64,000 nucleotides of DNA from Anthoceros angustus (lineage: Eukaryota > Plantae > Anthocerotophyta), in the NCBI GenBank assembly GCA_010909165.1, contig VJWM01000182.1, positions 124,001 through 188,000 on the forward strand, written 5' to 3'. Shown here in pieces: positions 24,091-35,900 of the stretch; positions within the stretch are counted from its first letter, which is position 1; each line of letters opens with the position of its first letter. The translations under genes and the position numbers were made by a program. Below the pieces are notes generated by a model. That model was not told the origin of the DNA, did not search any database, and saw nothing but the letters and a program-made list of their open reading frames with translations.

Positions 24091-27066
24091 GCCCGCTCTC
24101 CTCCCCCTCCTCCGACTCCTCTCCTGTGCCTGCAGGCGCCCACGTAGACTTTAGTCCACTGCCCTCTCCTCTTGCTTTTCCTTTTCCTTTTTCCCCATGC
24201 CAACCTGCCCACTAGGACCTTGCTACTTGCGGACCGATTTTTATGTACACCAGGTGCGATGCTCTCTCAGTTCGGGACTTGGATGATGCTTTCTTCCACT
24301 CTTTACGATGCACCATTAATACACCTTTGCAAGCAGCAGCTGCAAACATGTATTAGGTAGTCTAGATAGCACACCATCGCTGCAACTGGTTTTGCTGCCG
24401 CACATCATTTCGCTTGTCTCTTGTCATGTCCACCATGTTACATTGTGCCTTGCTGTGTGTGCCGCACTCGGCAGCAGGCCGAGATAAGCTGACGAGAGCC
24501 AAGGAATGCACGAATGTACTGCCGAGTCCCAACACACACATGCACATGACATATTCATCATTCACTCCGACGCTTTTGTCTTTGTTGTTGGTATGCCACT
24601 TCAGTGTTTTGAATAAGTACATCACATCAGTCTTGCATTTCCCCTCTCCTACCGCAGCGATGTTGGTACAAGGAGGAGGAGGAAGAAAAAGGAACTACCT
24701 AGCCCTATGGAAGTATGGAAGGCAGCGGCAGAAGCATCAGCTTCTCCCACACCAAAAAAGCTAAGAGGGAAGAAAATAAAAGACATGCAGGAGCCAGCTC
24801 TATTCCGGCGACAGCCTCACCGCAGCAGTAACCTGGAGAGCGTTGTGGGTGCCCAACGACCCTACGGCCCGCACCGGCAGCGGGCAATCACCTTGTGTCC
24901 ACACTCCTTGTGGCCACCATCATCCCCAGCCGCCGCTGCTGCAGCAGCAGCGGCAGCGGCAAACCCCAAACAGAAAAAGTTCCTCTCCTGCATGCATATC
25001 TCCTCAGCCGTGGCAGGGACAGGAGCAGCGTCCTGCGTCACAAACTTCTTCAAAAATCCCCACAGCACGGCCCTGCACTTGGCCCCGGGGATGGCCTGGA
25101 ACATGCACGAGCTGAGGCGGGTAGGCACCCCTAAGGGGTCGATGTAGGGGCTCAGGGCGCCCTGCCTGCTGCTGCTCCGCTCCGCAGAAGCCCGCTTGAA
25201 GGCGGAGTTGTACCACAGCACCACCTGGTTCTCATCTGTGAGCATGACCGGGTCGCAGGAAGTGCTGTACACCTGCTCCAGGTACGCCAGATCGATGTGC
25301 GCAACATCGGTAGCCCTGTCCGCACAGAGCTGGATCAAGGGCTCCCCGACCCCGCCACCAGCAGCAACACCACCGGGAACAGGACCACCTCGAGGGCCCC
25401 CAGCGATGGACGCCCGCGACACCAGCTCCCTGAAATGGTCCTGCAATGGCTTCGCTTCCAAGGCCTCGCCCTCCCCCTGGCCGAGCCCGTGCCCTAGACC
25501 ATGCCCATGCTGCCGCATCAAGCTCTCCCGCTCCAGCTGCCGACTCCGCAGTCGCTGGAACCTGTCCTCCAGACACCTCCCCGCCCGCCTCCCCTCCTCC
25601 GACTCCTCTCCTGTGCCTGCAGGCGCCCACGTAGACTTTAGTCCACTGCCTCTCCTCTTGCTTTTCCTTTTCCTTTTCCCCATGCCAACCTGCCCACTAG
25701 GACCTTGCTACTTGCGGACCGATTTTTATGTACACCAGGTGCGATGCTCTCAGTTCGGGACTTGGATGATGCTTTTCCACTCTTTACGATGCACCATTAA
25801 TACACCTTTGCAAGCAGCAGCTGCAAACATGTATTAGGTAGTCTAGATAGCACACCATCGCTGCAACTGGTTTTGCTGCCGCACATCATTTCGCTTGTCT
25901 CTTGTCATGTCCACCATGTTACATTGTGCCTTGCTGTGTGTGCCGCACTCGGCAGCAGGCCGAGATAAGCTGACGAGAGCCAAGGAATGCACGAATGTAC
26001 TGCCGAGTCCCAACACACATGCACATGACATATTCATCATTCACTCCGACGCTTTTGTCTTTGTTGTTGGTATGCCACTTCAGTGTTTTGAATAAGTACA
26101 TCACATCAGTCTTGCATTTCCCCTCTCCTACCGCAGCGATGTTGGTACAAGGAGGAGGAGGAAGAAAAAGGAACTACCTAGCCCTATGGAAGTATGGAAG
26201 GCAGCGGCAGAAGCATCAGCTTCTCCCACACCAAAAAAGCTAAGAGGGAAGAAAATAAAAGACATGCAGGGAGCCAGCTCTATTCCGGCGACGGCCTCAC
26301 CGCAGCGAGTAACCTGGAGAGCGTTGTGGAATTGCCCAACGACCCTACGGCCCGCACCGGCAGCGGGGCAATCACCTTGTGTCCACACTCCTTGTGGCCA
26401 CCATCATCCCCAGCCGCCGCTGCTGCAGCAGCAGCGGCAGCGGCAGGCCCCAAACAGAAAAAGTTCCTCTCCTGCATGCATATCTCCTCAGCCGTGGCAG
26501 GGACAGGAGCAGCGTCCTGCGTCACAAACTTCTTCAAAAATCCCCACAGCACGGCCCTGCACTTGGCCCCGGGGATGGCCTGGAACATGCACGAGCTGAG
26601 GCGGGTAGGCACCCCTAAGGGGTCGATGTAGGGGCTCAGGGCGCCCTGCCTGCTGCTGCTCCTGCTCCGCAGAAGCCCGCTTGAAGGCGGAGTTGTACCA
26701 CAGCACCACCTGGTTCTCATCTGTGAGCATGACCGGGTCGCAGGAAGTGCTGTACACCTGCTCCAGGTACGCCAGATCGATGTGCGCAACATCGGTAGCC
26801 CTGTCCGCACAGAGCTGGATCAAGGGCTCCCTGACCCCGCCACCAGCAGCAACACCACCGGGAACAGGACCACCTCGAGGGCCCCCAGCGATGGACGCCC
26901 GCGACACCAGCTCCTGAAATGGTCCTGCAATGGCTTCGCTGGCCTCGCCTCCCCTGGCCGAGCCCGTGCCCTAGACCATGCCCATGCTGCCGCATCAAGC
27001 TCTCCCGCTCCAGCTGCCGACTCCGCAGTCGCTGGAACCTGTCCTCCAGACACCTCCCCCGCCCGC
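24091..27066. repeat. Tandem duplication, about 1.49-kb unit x2, covering the 3' half and 3' flank of the DUF7950-like gene
   Basis: 24091-25582 repeats at 25583-27060. GCCCGC at 24091, 25583 and 27061. Confidence 0.9.
24862..25683 (-). other. Junction-spanning ORF (273 aa): 3'-flank-derived basic N-terminus fused to the duplicated C-terminal domain of the DUF7950-like protein
   Basis: MGKRKRKSKRR... comes from the flank and joins at the duplication junction to GRCLEDRFQRL...DPVMLTDENQVVLWYNSAFKRAS... Confidence 0.35.
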
Positions 27067-28669
27067 CCCCGCTCCCGCTCCCGCTGCCATAAGCGTCCCG
27101 GCAGGACCCCGCCCCCGTTCCGGCTCCCGCATCCTGCCTGTAGCCCTCGGCTGCGTCGCTACTGCTGAGGCTGAGTCCCACAGAAGTGCAGGCAGAGACA
27201 CATCCAGACCCGCTCTTGACATGCGACGGGGTGTCTGGAAGAAGGCTGAGAGTCACCAGCTGCGGCCTAGAGCAGTCCGCGTCCGCCGCTGGGACCGAGG
27301 CATCGCTAGTGTCGTGGACCAAGGGCCGCACAACGCTCCTGAACCCGCCCTTGCCGAAATCCAGATTGCACCCACGGATGTCCCGAGCCGCCCTGTTCAG
27401 GTCCAGGACCGCGGGGCTGCTGCCGCTGCCGCTGCCGCTGCCACTGCCGCTGCCGCTGCCGCTTCCCCGGCCCGGAGAGCGGGATGGAGAAGAGGCCGAG
27501 CCATCCGGACGCATCCCGGCCGCCACATGCGAGCTGCTATTGAGATCCAGGGCCATCATCCTGGCGGGGCCCGGGCCGCCGGGGCTGGGGCTGCTGCCAA
27601 CATCCCCGCTTCCTCCCCCGCACTTGCTGCCGTGATCCAGCCAGTAGCCTGTGATGCCCTTGAGCATTTCGGTGAAGCCTCCGGAATTGGTCCTCACCTT
27701 GTGCAGCAGCTTGTTCACAGACGGGGCGCTGGCAGCCGCAGCCCTCTCCATGAAGGCAACATCTCTGTCCACGACCGTTCCTTGACCACCGCTGCAACCA
27801 CCTCCTGCTGCTCCTGCTCCTGCTCCTGCTCCTCCTCCTCCAGGAGCCGGGGAGCTGAAATGAGACACATTGGTGCAGCTGCTTCCTGCCCTCTCCTGAT
27901 GGAAGATGCTTCCGCTCACGCTCCCGCTGTAAGGAGACACGACCATCTTGGCGTACGCATCCTCAAATGCCAACCGCTTACCTGAGCCGCCACCAGGCTC
28001 CGCTCCCGAGGACAAGGTCAAGGCAGAGGAGACGCTGGCCTCTCCGAAGTCGCTGAGAACGCGGCTCAAGCCCTCTCCTCCTCCTCCTCCTCCCAAGCCA
28101 TGCGGCTGATGCTGATGCTGGTGCTGCTGATGCTGATGCTGATGCTGATGCTGCTGCTGCACCTGCTGCGGGACCTGCTGCGGAACCTGCTGCTCGGCGG
28201 GGCCCGGACAGCCTGTGCTCCTCTCGGCATCCGCCGACATGGACATGGACATGCAGGACATGTCCGGGGCAGCCAAGCCGAACCTGGTCAAGAAGCCGCC
28301 CTGATGGTGCACCGGCTTGGGAGGAGATTGAGCCGGCGCGCTCCTCTTGCTGCTGCCCCTGCCCGCGGGGAACTTGTCGGCAGAGCGCTTCCTGGACCTC
28401 CTTCCCCTGGAAGACGTGGTGTCAGCAGAGCCCGAGGCCGCCGGGCCGGCCCCCGCCTTGCTGCCGACCGACATGGAGCTGGAAGACTGCAGGTCGGAGG
28501 CGGAGGGCGACGCCGCGGGCTCCGGCTTGGGAGCAATTGGGCGCGGGGCGATGGGGCGCGGGGCAATAGGCCTGTAGCGGGACAGAATATGGTCCCTCTT
28601 GGAGGGAGTGGGCGCGCTGGACGCATTGTACCTGGCCAGGCAGCAGCCGCCCTGCTCTAAGGGAATCAT
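26280..28669 (-). CDS. AITR/DIG-related (DUF7950-like) plant protein, about 790 aa, apparently intronless; apparent frameshifts near 26800-26950
   Basis: Starts MIPLEQGGCCLARY...KRDHILSRYRPIAPRPIAPRPIAPKP, matching the family hallmark GGCCIARY...DRIMLRFRPIAPKP. C-terminal DPVMLTDENQVVLWYNSAFK and VIAPLPVRAVGS motifs. Long Gly/Ser/Gln low-complexity middle. Exact stop uncertain. Confidence 0.75.
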
Positions 28670-28989
28670 TCGCCTACCCTTCTCTTTCTCCCTTTGAGGA
28701 TTCGTGGTGAAGGCGGGTGAGGCAGCGAGGGATTGGAAGACAGGCCGAGGGCTTGAGACATAAAAGAGGGGCAGGAGGATGCCGCAGGGAAGGAGTGGGA
28801 GGAGAGGAGGCAAAAAAGGGAGAGGGGCCGAGCGGCTCGAGCACCCGAGCAGCAAGGCAGCAGGGCGCCAGGCACCGCGAGCGAGAGAGAGCAGGGGAAG
28901 CAGGAATTGGGGCGGGAGGCAGAAAGCGCGAGAGCGGAGAAGGGCAGCAGAGGCGGCGACGGCGTTGGCGTGGCCTTATTAGGCTTGCG

Positions 28990-29079
28990 AGAGGAGGACG
29001 GAGGGAGGAAGGAAGGAAGGAAGGAAGGAAGGAAGGGAAGGAAGGAGAGAGAGCGAGAGGGCGGAGGGGGAAGAGAGAG

Positions 29080-29112
<33 letters not shown>
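28990..29112. repeat. (GGAA)n and (GA)n microsatellites upstream of the DUF7950-like ATG (CT-rich 5' leader on the minus strand)
   Basis: Directly visible; typical position for plant 5' UTR CT tracts. Confidence 0.7.
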
Positions 29113-29115
<3 letters not shown>

Positions 29116-30289
29116 GTTGTGCAAAAGAAGAAGCAGAAGCCGAAGCAAGTGAGCTCGGCTAGGCCTATGGTGTACCAAGCGGGCTCCCAGTTATCTTAGA
29201 TACCTTCGATTCCTGGAATGAGCCGATTGAGGAGGCATTGGCAGCCAGACATCTCCCTCCACAATGGCGAGACTCAAGGGTAAGTAGGCACAGCTACAAA
29301 GCTGTGTAACACAAGGGGCCCTCAAAGACTCTTGTAAGTCGGCCACAACGCCCCCACCATTGGCTTCGCTTCTTACCACCGACCACCACATGGCACCCGG
29401 CAACAACAACAGCGCTGCTACTTGCATTGCCACTGCACTGCCACCCAAGTAGCCAGTAGCCAGTAGCCAGTAGCCAGTAGCAAGTAGCAAGTAGCAAGTA
29501 GCGCTCCGCTTAAAATATTCATTTATCCCCAAAACCTTGTGCCAATTTGGTCAATCACACGCCACCTTCCTCCGTCTCCTGCCCCAGCAGCCGCAAGTGG
29601 GCTGCACCCACTTTCTCCTTGTCCCTTGTCCTAACACGATAATGTCCCTCCTCTCTCCTTTCCAACACAAGACACATGTACCTCGGAAACATTCCGAAAA
29701 CTTGTCTGAGTATGCTACTCGCAAAGACTAGTTTCAGGAGTGATGCGGAATAATGGAATAATGCTGGCTAGAAAGAAAGTGTAGCTTTAGAGCCATGTGG
29801 AATTATGCTAGTTGGAAAGATGAGAATTATTCAGTCAAATCACAAGCTCCTTGATTTATGTTTTTTTACTTGAAAAAATAATAATATTACATCTAATTAA
29901 AATAATTATTATTCTTTGAGGTTTATTGCTTCGAATGACGTATGATTTATGTATCTTCTTCCACTTGCAAGTTTCATTTTATACAACATAAATATTATCG
30001 GATATTTTGACAAGATAAACAATCCACCGCATTCAAGTTGACCCATCATTTGATTTGCCTTATTTACGTAACAAGATTATAGAACTAAAAAATATTTAAA
30101 AATTAATTTATTAAAAAATAATAACTAATTTTAAACATGAAAAGCTGAGTGGAATTATGACACACATTTGCCTGAGGAAGGAAGGTGTGGTATACTCATA
30201 AATTCAAATGCATATACGCACGTGAACAGTGAACACGGAGGAAGTAAAACTGAAAAAGCGAGTTGTAAGTTGCAAGTTGCAAGAAAATG

Positions 30290-32000
30290 CCAAGCGCATT
30301 GAGTAGAAGCGTAAGCATGGTAGGCGATGCAGCAGGCAGCAGGCAGCAGGCAGCATGCAGCATGCAGCAAGCAGCATTCGCAGACGGGGGACATGAGAGA
30401 TTTTTGAGGGGAGGTAGAGTATGTCGGGTGAAAAGCCCGCCGGGCGTAAGGGGTGGGGAGGAGGAGGCGGAGGGGAGGGGAGGGGAGGGGCGAGGCGGGG
30501 CCGGGGGCAGGGGCCGCAGGCGGAGGAGCAGGAGGAGGAGAAGGAGGAGGAGGAGCAGGCGCACAGGCACAGGCACAGGCGCAGGTGAAGCGTGCGCGTG
30601 GGCCCCACGCCAGGCCAGCCCAGGCCAGCCCAGGCGAGGCCAAGCGGAGACGAGACGAGACGAGACGAGACGAGACGAGACGAGACGAGACATCTGCGCT
30701 GCACACCACTCGCCGAAATCGCGCATTGCCCGCATTGCCCGCATTGCCGCATTGCGCATTGCGCATTGCCGCATCGCGCGGTCCCCACAGCCACGTTCTG
30801 CACTCCACGTGGTGTGCCAGCATGGGCTGCCGTTGCGGCTACTGAGGCCTGGGTCACGTGGCGTGGCCACCCACCCTGATTTCCTACATCAAAACTAGGG
30901 CAGCCATAGGACCAAGCCGCTCCTTCCCTCCTGGGAGACCTTTGCACCTTTCCCACTGCACCGGCTGCCCTGTAGCCTCCAGCCCCTTCCTGGGGCACTA
31001 GGGCCTCCACGGATCTCTCCATATCTCATGACAGATCAAAACTGGGGACGTCATAGGCCTCTTCCCCTGGGCCCTGGGCCCTGAGCCCCGTCCGCCACTC
31101 CAAAATCATATTTCTATTCGGCCACCCAGGAAGCCAGCCACCGGAAGGAGCAAGGAAGCAAGTAAGGAACATGTCACACTTTATCATTACCCTATATCAC
31201 ATGTCATTCACATTGGATGGCGAGCGAGATAAACATAAACAGGCTCCAGGCCCGCAACTCCCTCTCTCTCTCTCTCCCTCTTTCTCTCTCTCTCGTTTCA
31301 CCTCGCATGCCATGTACATATATATAATTGTAGTCTACGTATGTCGGTGATGTCGAGGAGGCCAGGCCTGGCCAGGATGAACCTGGGGAGATGCGCCGGT
31401 CACCGGTGGGATAAATATCGACGCTGCCATTGGAGGGGCAATGAGTGGCCCTGGTCTGCCAGGGGCAGGTGGCGACAAGGCTAATTTTAGGGAGTCGGAC
31501 GCCCATTTTCCCGCCACGCCATCCGTGCATGTTGCGCTGAGTCAGCCCCATGAGCACGGCACGGCCGGTTCCCGGTCCCCGCGCCCGGTTCCCCCGCTCC
31601 CTCCGCTGCTCAGGGCTTATCATTGCCGCTCCAATGAGGCGGGCGCAACAGATATCGTTCGGTTCGCTCCGCCTCCTCCTCCGCCTCCGCCTCTCGCTTG
31701 CCCGCTTGCCCGCTTGCCCGCTCGCCCGCTCGCCCGCTCGCCCGCTCGCCCGCTCGCCCGCTCGCCCGCTCGCCCGCTTTGCCACTGCCACACACAATCC
31801 CGATTCCCCGATTCCCCCTCACACTTCCCAACACCGTCACATACGCTCCGTATATCCACACCCTACACGATACCTACCTGTAAACCCTGCTGCCTGGCAG
31901 GGGCCCCAACCACGTCCCTAAAGCGGTGCCGGCAGCCGGTTCCCGGTTCCCGCTTCCCGCTTCCCGGCCCCGGCCCCGGCCCCGGCGCGCCCATTATTTG
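30290..32000. repeat. GC-rich island with many compound microsatellites (GAGAC)n, (GCCCGCTC)n, (GCAG/GCAT)n, (GCATTGCCC)n
   Basis: Directly visible at 30330-30375, 30645-30690, 30720-30775, 31700-31780 and 31940-31990. These explain the low-complexity ORFs in the track. Confidence 0.8.
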
Positions 32001-33899
32001 GACCCGTGTCGGCTCAGGGTCGTCGTCACCCAGGCAGGCTGCAGGCAGGGCCTGCGTGATAACGTAATCCAAGGGAGAAGGGAAGCTCCCCGCCTTTGCC
32101 TTGGTTTTCTTTTCTTTCACACGCGTGGCCAGCAACGCTCGCGGCCCTCGCTTTACCCGCTCCACCACAAGCTTCAAATCTAGCGGTCAGGGCGTGGTGG
32201 GATCTGGCCCCGACCCCGAGCCCCGGGCTGCTGCATGCTGCCTGCTCTCCCCGGCCACGCTCATGCTCTCATGCTGCCTGTCTCCAACTTGCAAGCATGC
32301 GCGGGCTGTGTCCCGTCGTCTTCCGCAACTGCTTTCCGCTTCCTCGAATCCGCGGCTGCGCGTGTGCTACGCCATATCCCTCGCCCCGATTGCATGTGTA
32401 CAGACACAGCAGCTGGCAAGGGAGTCCGCACATCCGCCTCACAATCACAAGCTCGGTGTCGTCCGCGCCGCCGCAACTGCAACTTGCAACCCTATCGGCT
32501 CGCTGCCTGCATTAAGCCCTAGGGCTCGCATGCTCGGGGTCCCCTCTGCCGCGCAGGAGCCTTTCCCGAGGTCCGCGACCTTCCATCCTTCCCGTGGAGG
32601 TGTGCATGTCTGTACGTACCTCTGGTGCACACCTTCTTCATGTGCAGCGGCTGCCAGCAGGTTTGCAGATCATGGCTTCCAAAGTTTGGAGCTCGGGGCG
32701 GGATGGCTTCACGGCCCAAGGTACCGTATCATGTATCCTGATTCCTGCCTCCTGCTTTGCGATCTCGCCACGGCTCCGTGGACGAGGGGTCGTCTTCGCC
32801 TGCAAACAATTCTTGTACACCTCTTCGATGTTAGCGTCACCGCCCCAGCTGTAGCCTGTCGAGACGTGGAGAAATGCTTGGAAATGGAAATGGGATGTAC
32901 GCCGTGCACCGAGGAGCCGAGCATATCTGGAATTCCAGAAACGGACATCAGGCCGGCCTCTCATGCTGCTTTGTCAGGTATGTATGTGCATACAAAGTTT
33001 GCAGGACTGGGACTGGGAGCTCCTGAGTGGGAAACAACATATGTACCCACCTCTGTACGATCATGGCTCTGTGGGTGTGTCTCCCGCCTCTCCTCACAGT
33101 CCAGCGCAGCATTTCCAGCTGCCTCTCACACCTTCCACTCTGCACTGCCTCTCTTTTCCAAACAATGGCATAATCCAATGCGCTGCTCGCGCATCCTATA
33201 ACTAAGTCATGAATTTTGCCTCCGGTGTAGTTATGATATATCGTTAACAGTATCCCGGTACCGTAAGGTGTACTAGTGCATAACCTCGACCCTCAGCCAG
33301 GACGCGGGCCTTTTAGCTTAGCCGGGACGCCAGCTTGGTGACCAGCTTTCGAGAAAATTGCTCTCCCACCACTAGACTTAAACTGAGTTAGGGCTTGGGC
33401 ACGCTTGACTCCGCTTGGGGAGCTGTGCGCGTGAGACCACTTTTTATTGAATTGAATTGAAACTAGCGCAGGTTGAAATTCTGATTCGGAACTTCCTCAC
33501 CCATATATCACACCTTGAAACGAATTGGAGTACCGGGCCCGATTCCGGCCGGGCAATTGCAGAAAATCACTGCGCACATTTTACTGAATCAAAAATCAAG
33601 GAAAAATATTCTACATATACGTCATTATAGTTTCTACTCAAGTACAGAACATAATCAGATACATTACGTATACAATACGAATACGAGCTTTGTTTGACTC
33701 CGGCTCGATGGGCCAGGATTTGAGGATCGATGTTCCGGACCGTCGAGCGTCTGGACAAGACATCGCGATGGTGTCCCGGACGCAATTGCTGGCCATGCGG
33801 ACAGCAACTTAGGGTTGGAGAACTGGACACGGTCACAGGGCATCTGGTCGAAAGGCTGTCAACTTGAACAAAATGGTGGCAGACAGCCAATCTTACACG

Positions 33900-35900
33900 C
33901 GCATACTCTGCATTCTTCGACCTAGCTATGGCGACTGCATATGCAGCCCCTCAACTGCCCATCTTGCAGGTAACAGCCGCTATGGCTGCTTGAATTGCAA
34001 GGCGTGCCTCTCTAGCAGCTTCCTTTTCAGCTTCCTTCCTAACTTTTCTTGGGCTTTTTTCGCTGCCGATGCCTCCCTGTCAGACATCTCTACATCCTTT
34101 GCTCTATCTGCCAAGATGAATGCATCACTAGTGAGAGTCATTGCCTGCTGAAAGGCCTTAACTTTTTCTCCTGTGTGCATGGTGGAATGGTCGATGTAGT
34201 GCTCAAGACACCTTCCAACCGTGCGGCCACCTCTGCTGGCAAGGGTTCCAAGTCATTGGGATGAGTACCCTGGTTTTGCTCAACTTGGGCAGGATCCATA
34301 TCGCACAAGCCCCCAACTCCCTCCTCATATGTGTCACAGATGGGGCCACTTCAGGGAATGGTAGCTCATCATTATCGTCGGACAGTCCATTCCAAATCTC
34401 GAACCAGCAATCTGCATCTTGTTTTGGGCTCTGAGACATTCGAAATATCACGTTAGCAACTTCATCCTCCTCCATCTGATGCTGTTCGTTTTCGATATCG
34501 CCTTCTTCAACAAGTGGCTGAGTCTGGCTCGCTGTTGTCGTTTCCTGTAGATGATCCTGCAAAGGCACGTTGTTACCTCTGCAATGTCCACCGCCTGCCC
34601 ATTCTTGCCTGTAAGGGATGGAAGGGCCAAAATTGCAGTATCTAATGGCCATATGCTGGACCGGGCCAAAATTGAAGTATTTAATGGCCATATGCTGGTC
34701 CAGCAGCTCTGAAACCAGCGTGGAGGACTGTTACTGAATCTTTGATTTCTTGATTCACAAAGTGCACAAGAATTTCCGGAGGCATTCTTGCTCTGTTCCC
34801 CTCGGTCCTCCAGTATGCGTCTTTTCTTATCTTCATGGCACTCTTGAATGATTTAAACACCTCAACATGCAGAGGTGGTAACCCATGGCTGGCGTGGCTT
34901 GGCATGCAGATGACAATCAAGCCCATTTCTTGTGCATAAGTTGCAGCTGGGCTTGTGCATAAGTTGCAGCCTCCAACAAAATATGTTGCTTTGCCCCATC
35001 AAACAACTTGCTTTGCCCCATCAAACAACTTGCTTTGCCCCATCAAACAACTTGCTTTGCCCCATCAAACAACAAGACATGTTTGCAGGTTGGGCTCATG
35101 GTCCTGCCAACTTTCCAATGGAAACGCTCCAACCACCGTTGGAAGATATCTGCTGTTATGAATGCATTCTCTAATCTACAGCCGATAGCACCCTCCTCCT
35201 GAACAAACCCCATGAGGTTTGTCTTGGACATAGTGTGGCTTGAACCCTTGAAAATGTAAAGCCCTTGAAGTTTCTGGCCTGCTGCATCGCAACAAGCGAC
35301 ACATGTGAAAGATTGCAATGCGGACAACCACGTCATGAGAGCCACGCAGCCTAGAATGAAAGGTGCTTTCTCCCTTCCTGTATGTCACGTTAGTTTCATC
35401 CATGTTCCATATCGTGCATGCTGAAAAAGTGCCATCAACTGAATCATAGTTGCCAGCCAGTTGTGCATGAACTGCAGCAATCACCTCTGGACTCATAGCT
35501 CTTGCTCTTGATGGCTCTAATCCGGTGGCCTTTCTTTTGCTGATATACGGGTAGTAGCGTCCAAGGAACCCTTGGCACCAATGCCTGTAGGAGTTCCGTT
35601 CACAAACGGTGTAGGCCTGCCATCACTCACCAGTTCACCAACGAGTTGCTTCGAGGTGGCGAAGGTAGTTCTTCGTGCAATTTGCTGTTGGCGGATCAAC
35701 CAAGTGGCAACGTTAGGCGAACTCAGAGTTCGGGGTGTGCTACAACACGAACTAGGATATGTTTCAATGTAGGTGTACGCGTTTAGTGTTGAGAATTCTG
35801 TCCTTCGGTGGACTTCAACCAAATTCGTTTTCTTGTGTACTTCTACGAACGCAAAGCAAGAGTCCGTGAAGGGGCTAGTTTCTGGTCTGCATGGTGTCTG
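33900..35900 (-). mobile_element. pogo/Fot1-like (DDE_1, CENP-B-type HTH) transposase pseudogene
   Basis: Across frameshifts: HTH region PTPFVNGTP..HWCQGFLGRYYPYISKRKATGLEPSRARAMSPEV, then IWNMDET, TCVACCDAAGQKLQGLYIFKG, HVLLFDG, and CMPSHASHGLPPLHVEVFKSFK (the LPPHTSH.LQPLDV.VF..K motif). TIRs not confidently found. Confidence 0.88.
34929..35073. repeat. Microduplications inside the transposase: 22-bp x4 (34986-35073) and 23-bp x2 (34929-34970)
   Basis: TTGCTTTGCCCCATCAAACAAC at 34986, 35008, 35030 and 35052; CTTGTGCATAAGTTGCAGC twice. Confidence 0.9.

Noticed and set aside
28666-32067. Many 100-270 aa ORFs on both strands
   Set aside because: They are translations of microsatellites (RERE, SRLVS, ARSP repeats) with no domain content.
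33141-33152. TGCACTGCCTCT matches the 5' 12 nt of miR408
   Set aside because: The rest of the 21-mer diverges and I see no complementary star arm nearby, so a chance match is likely.
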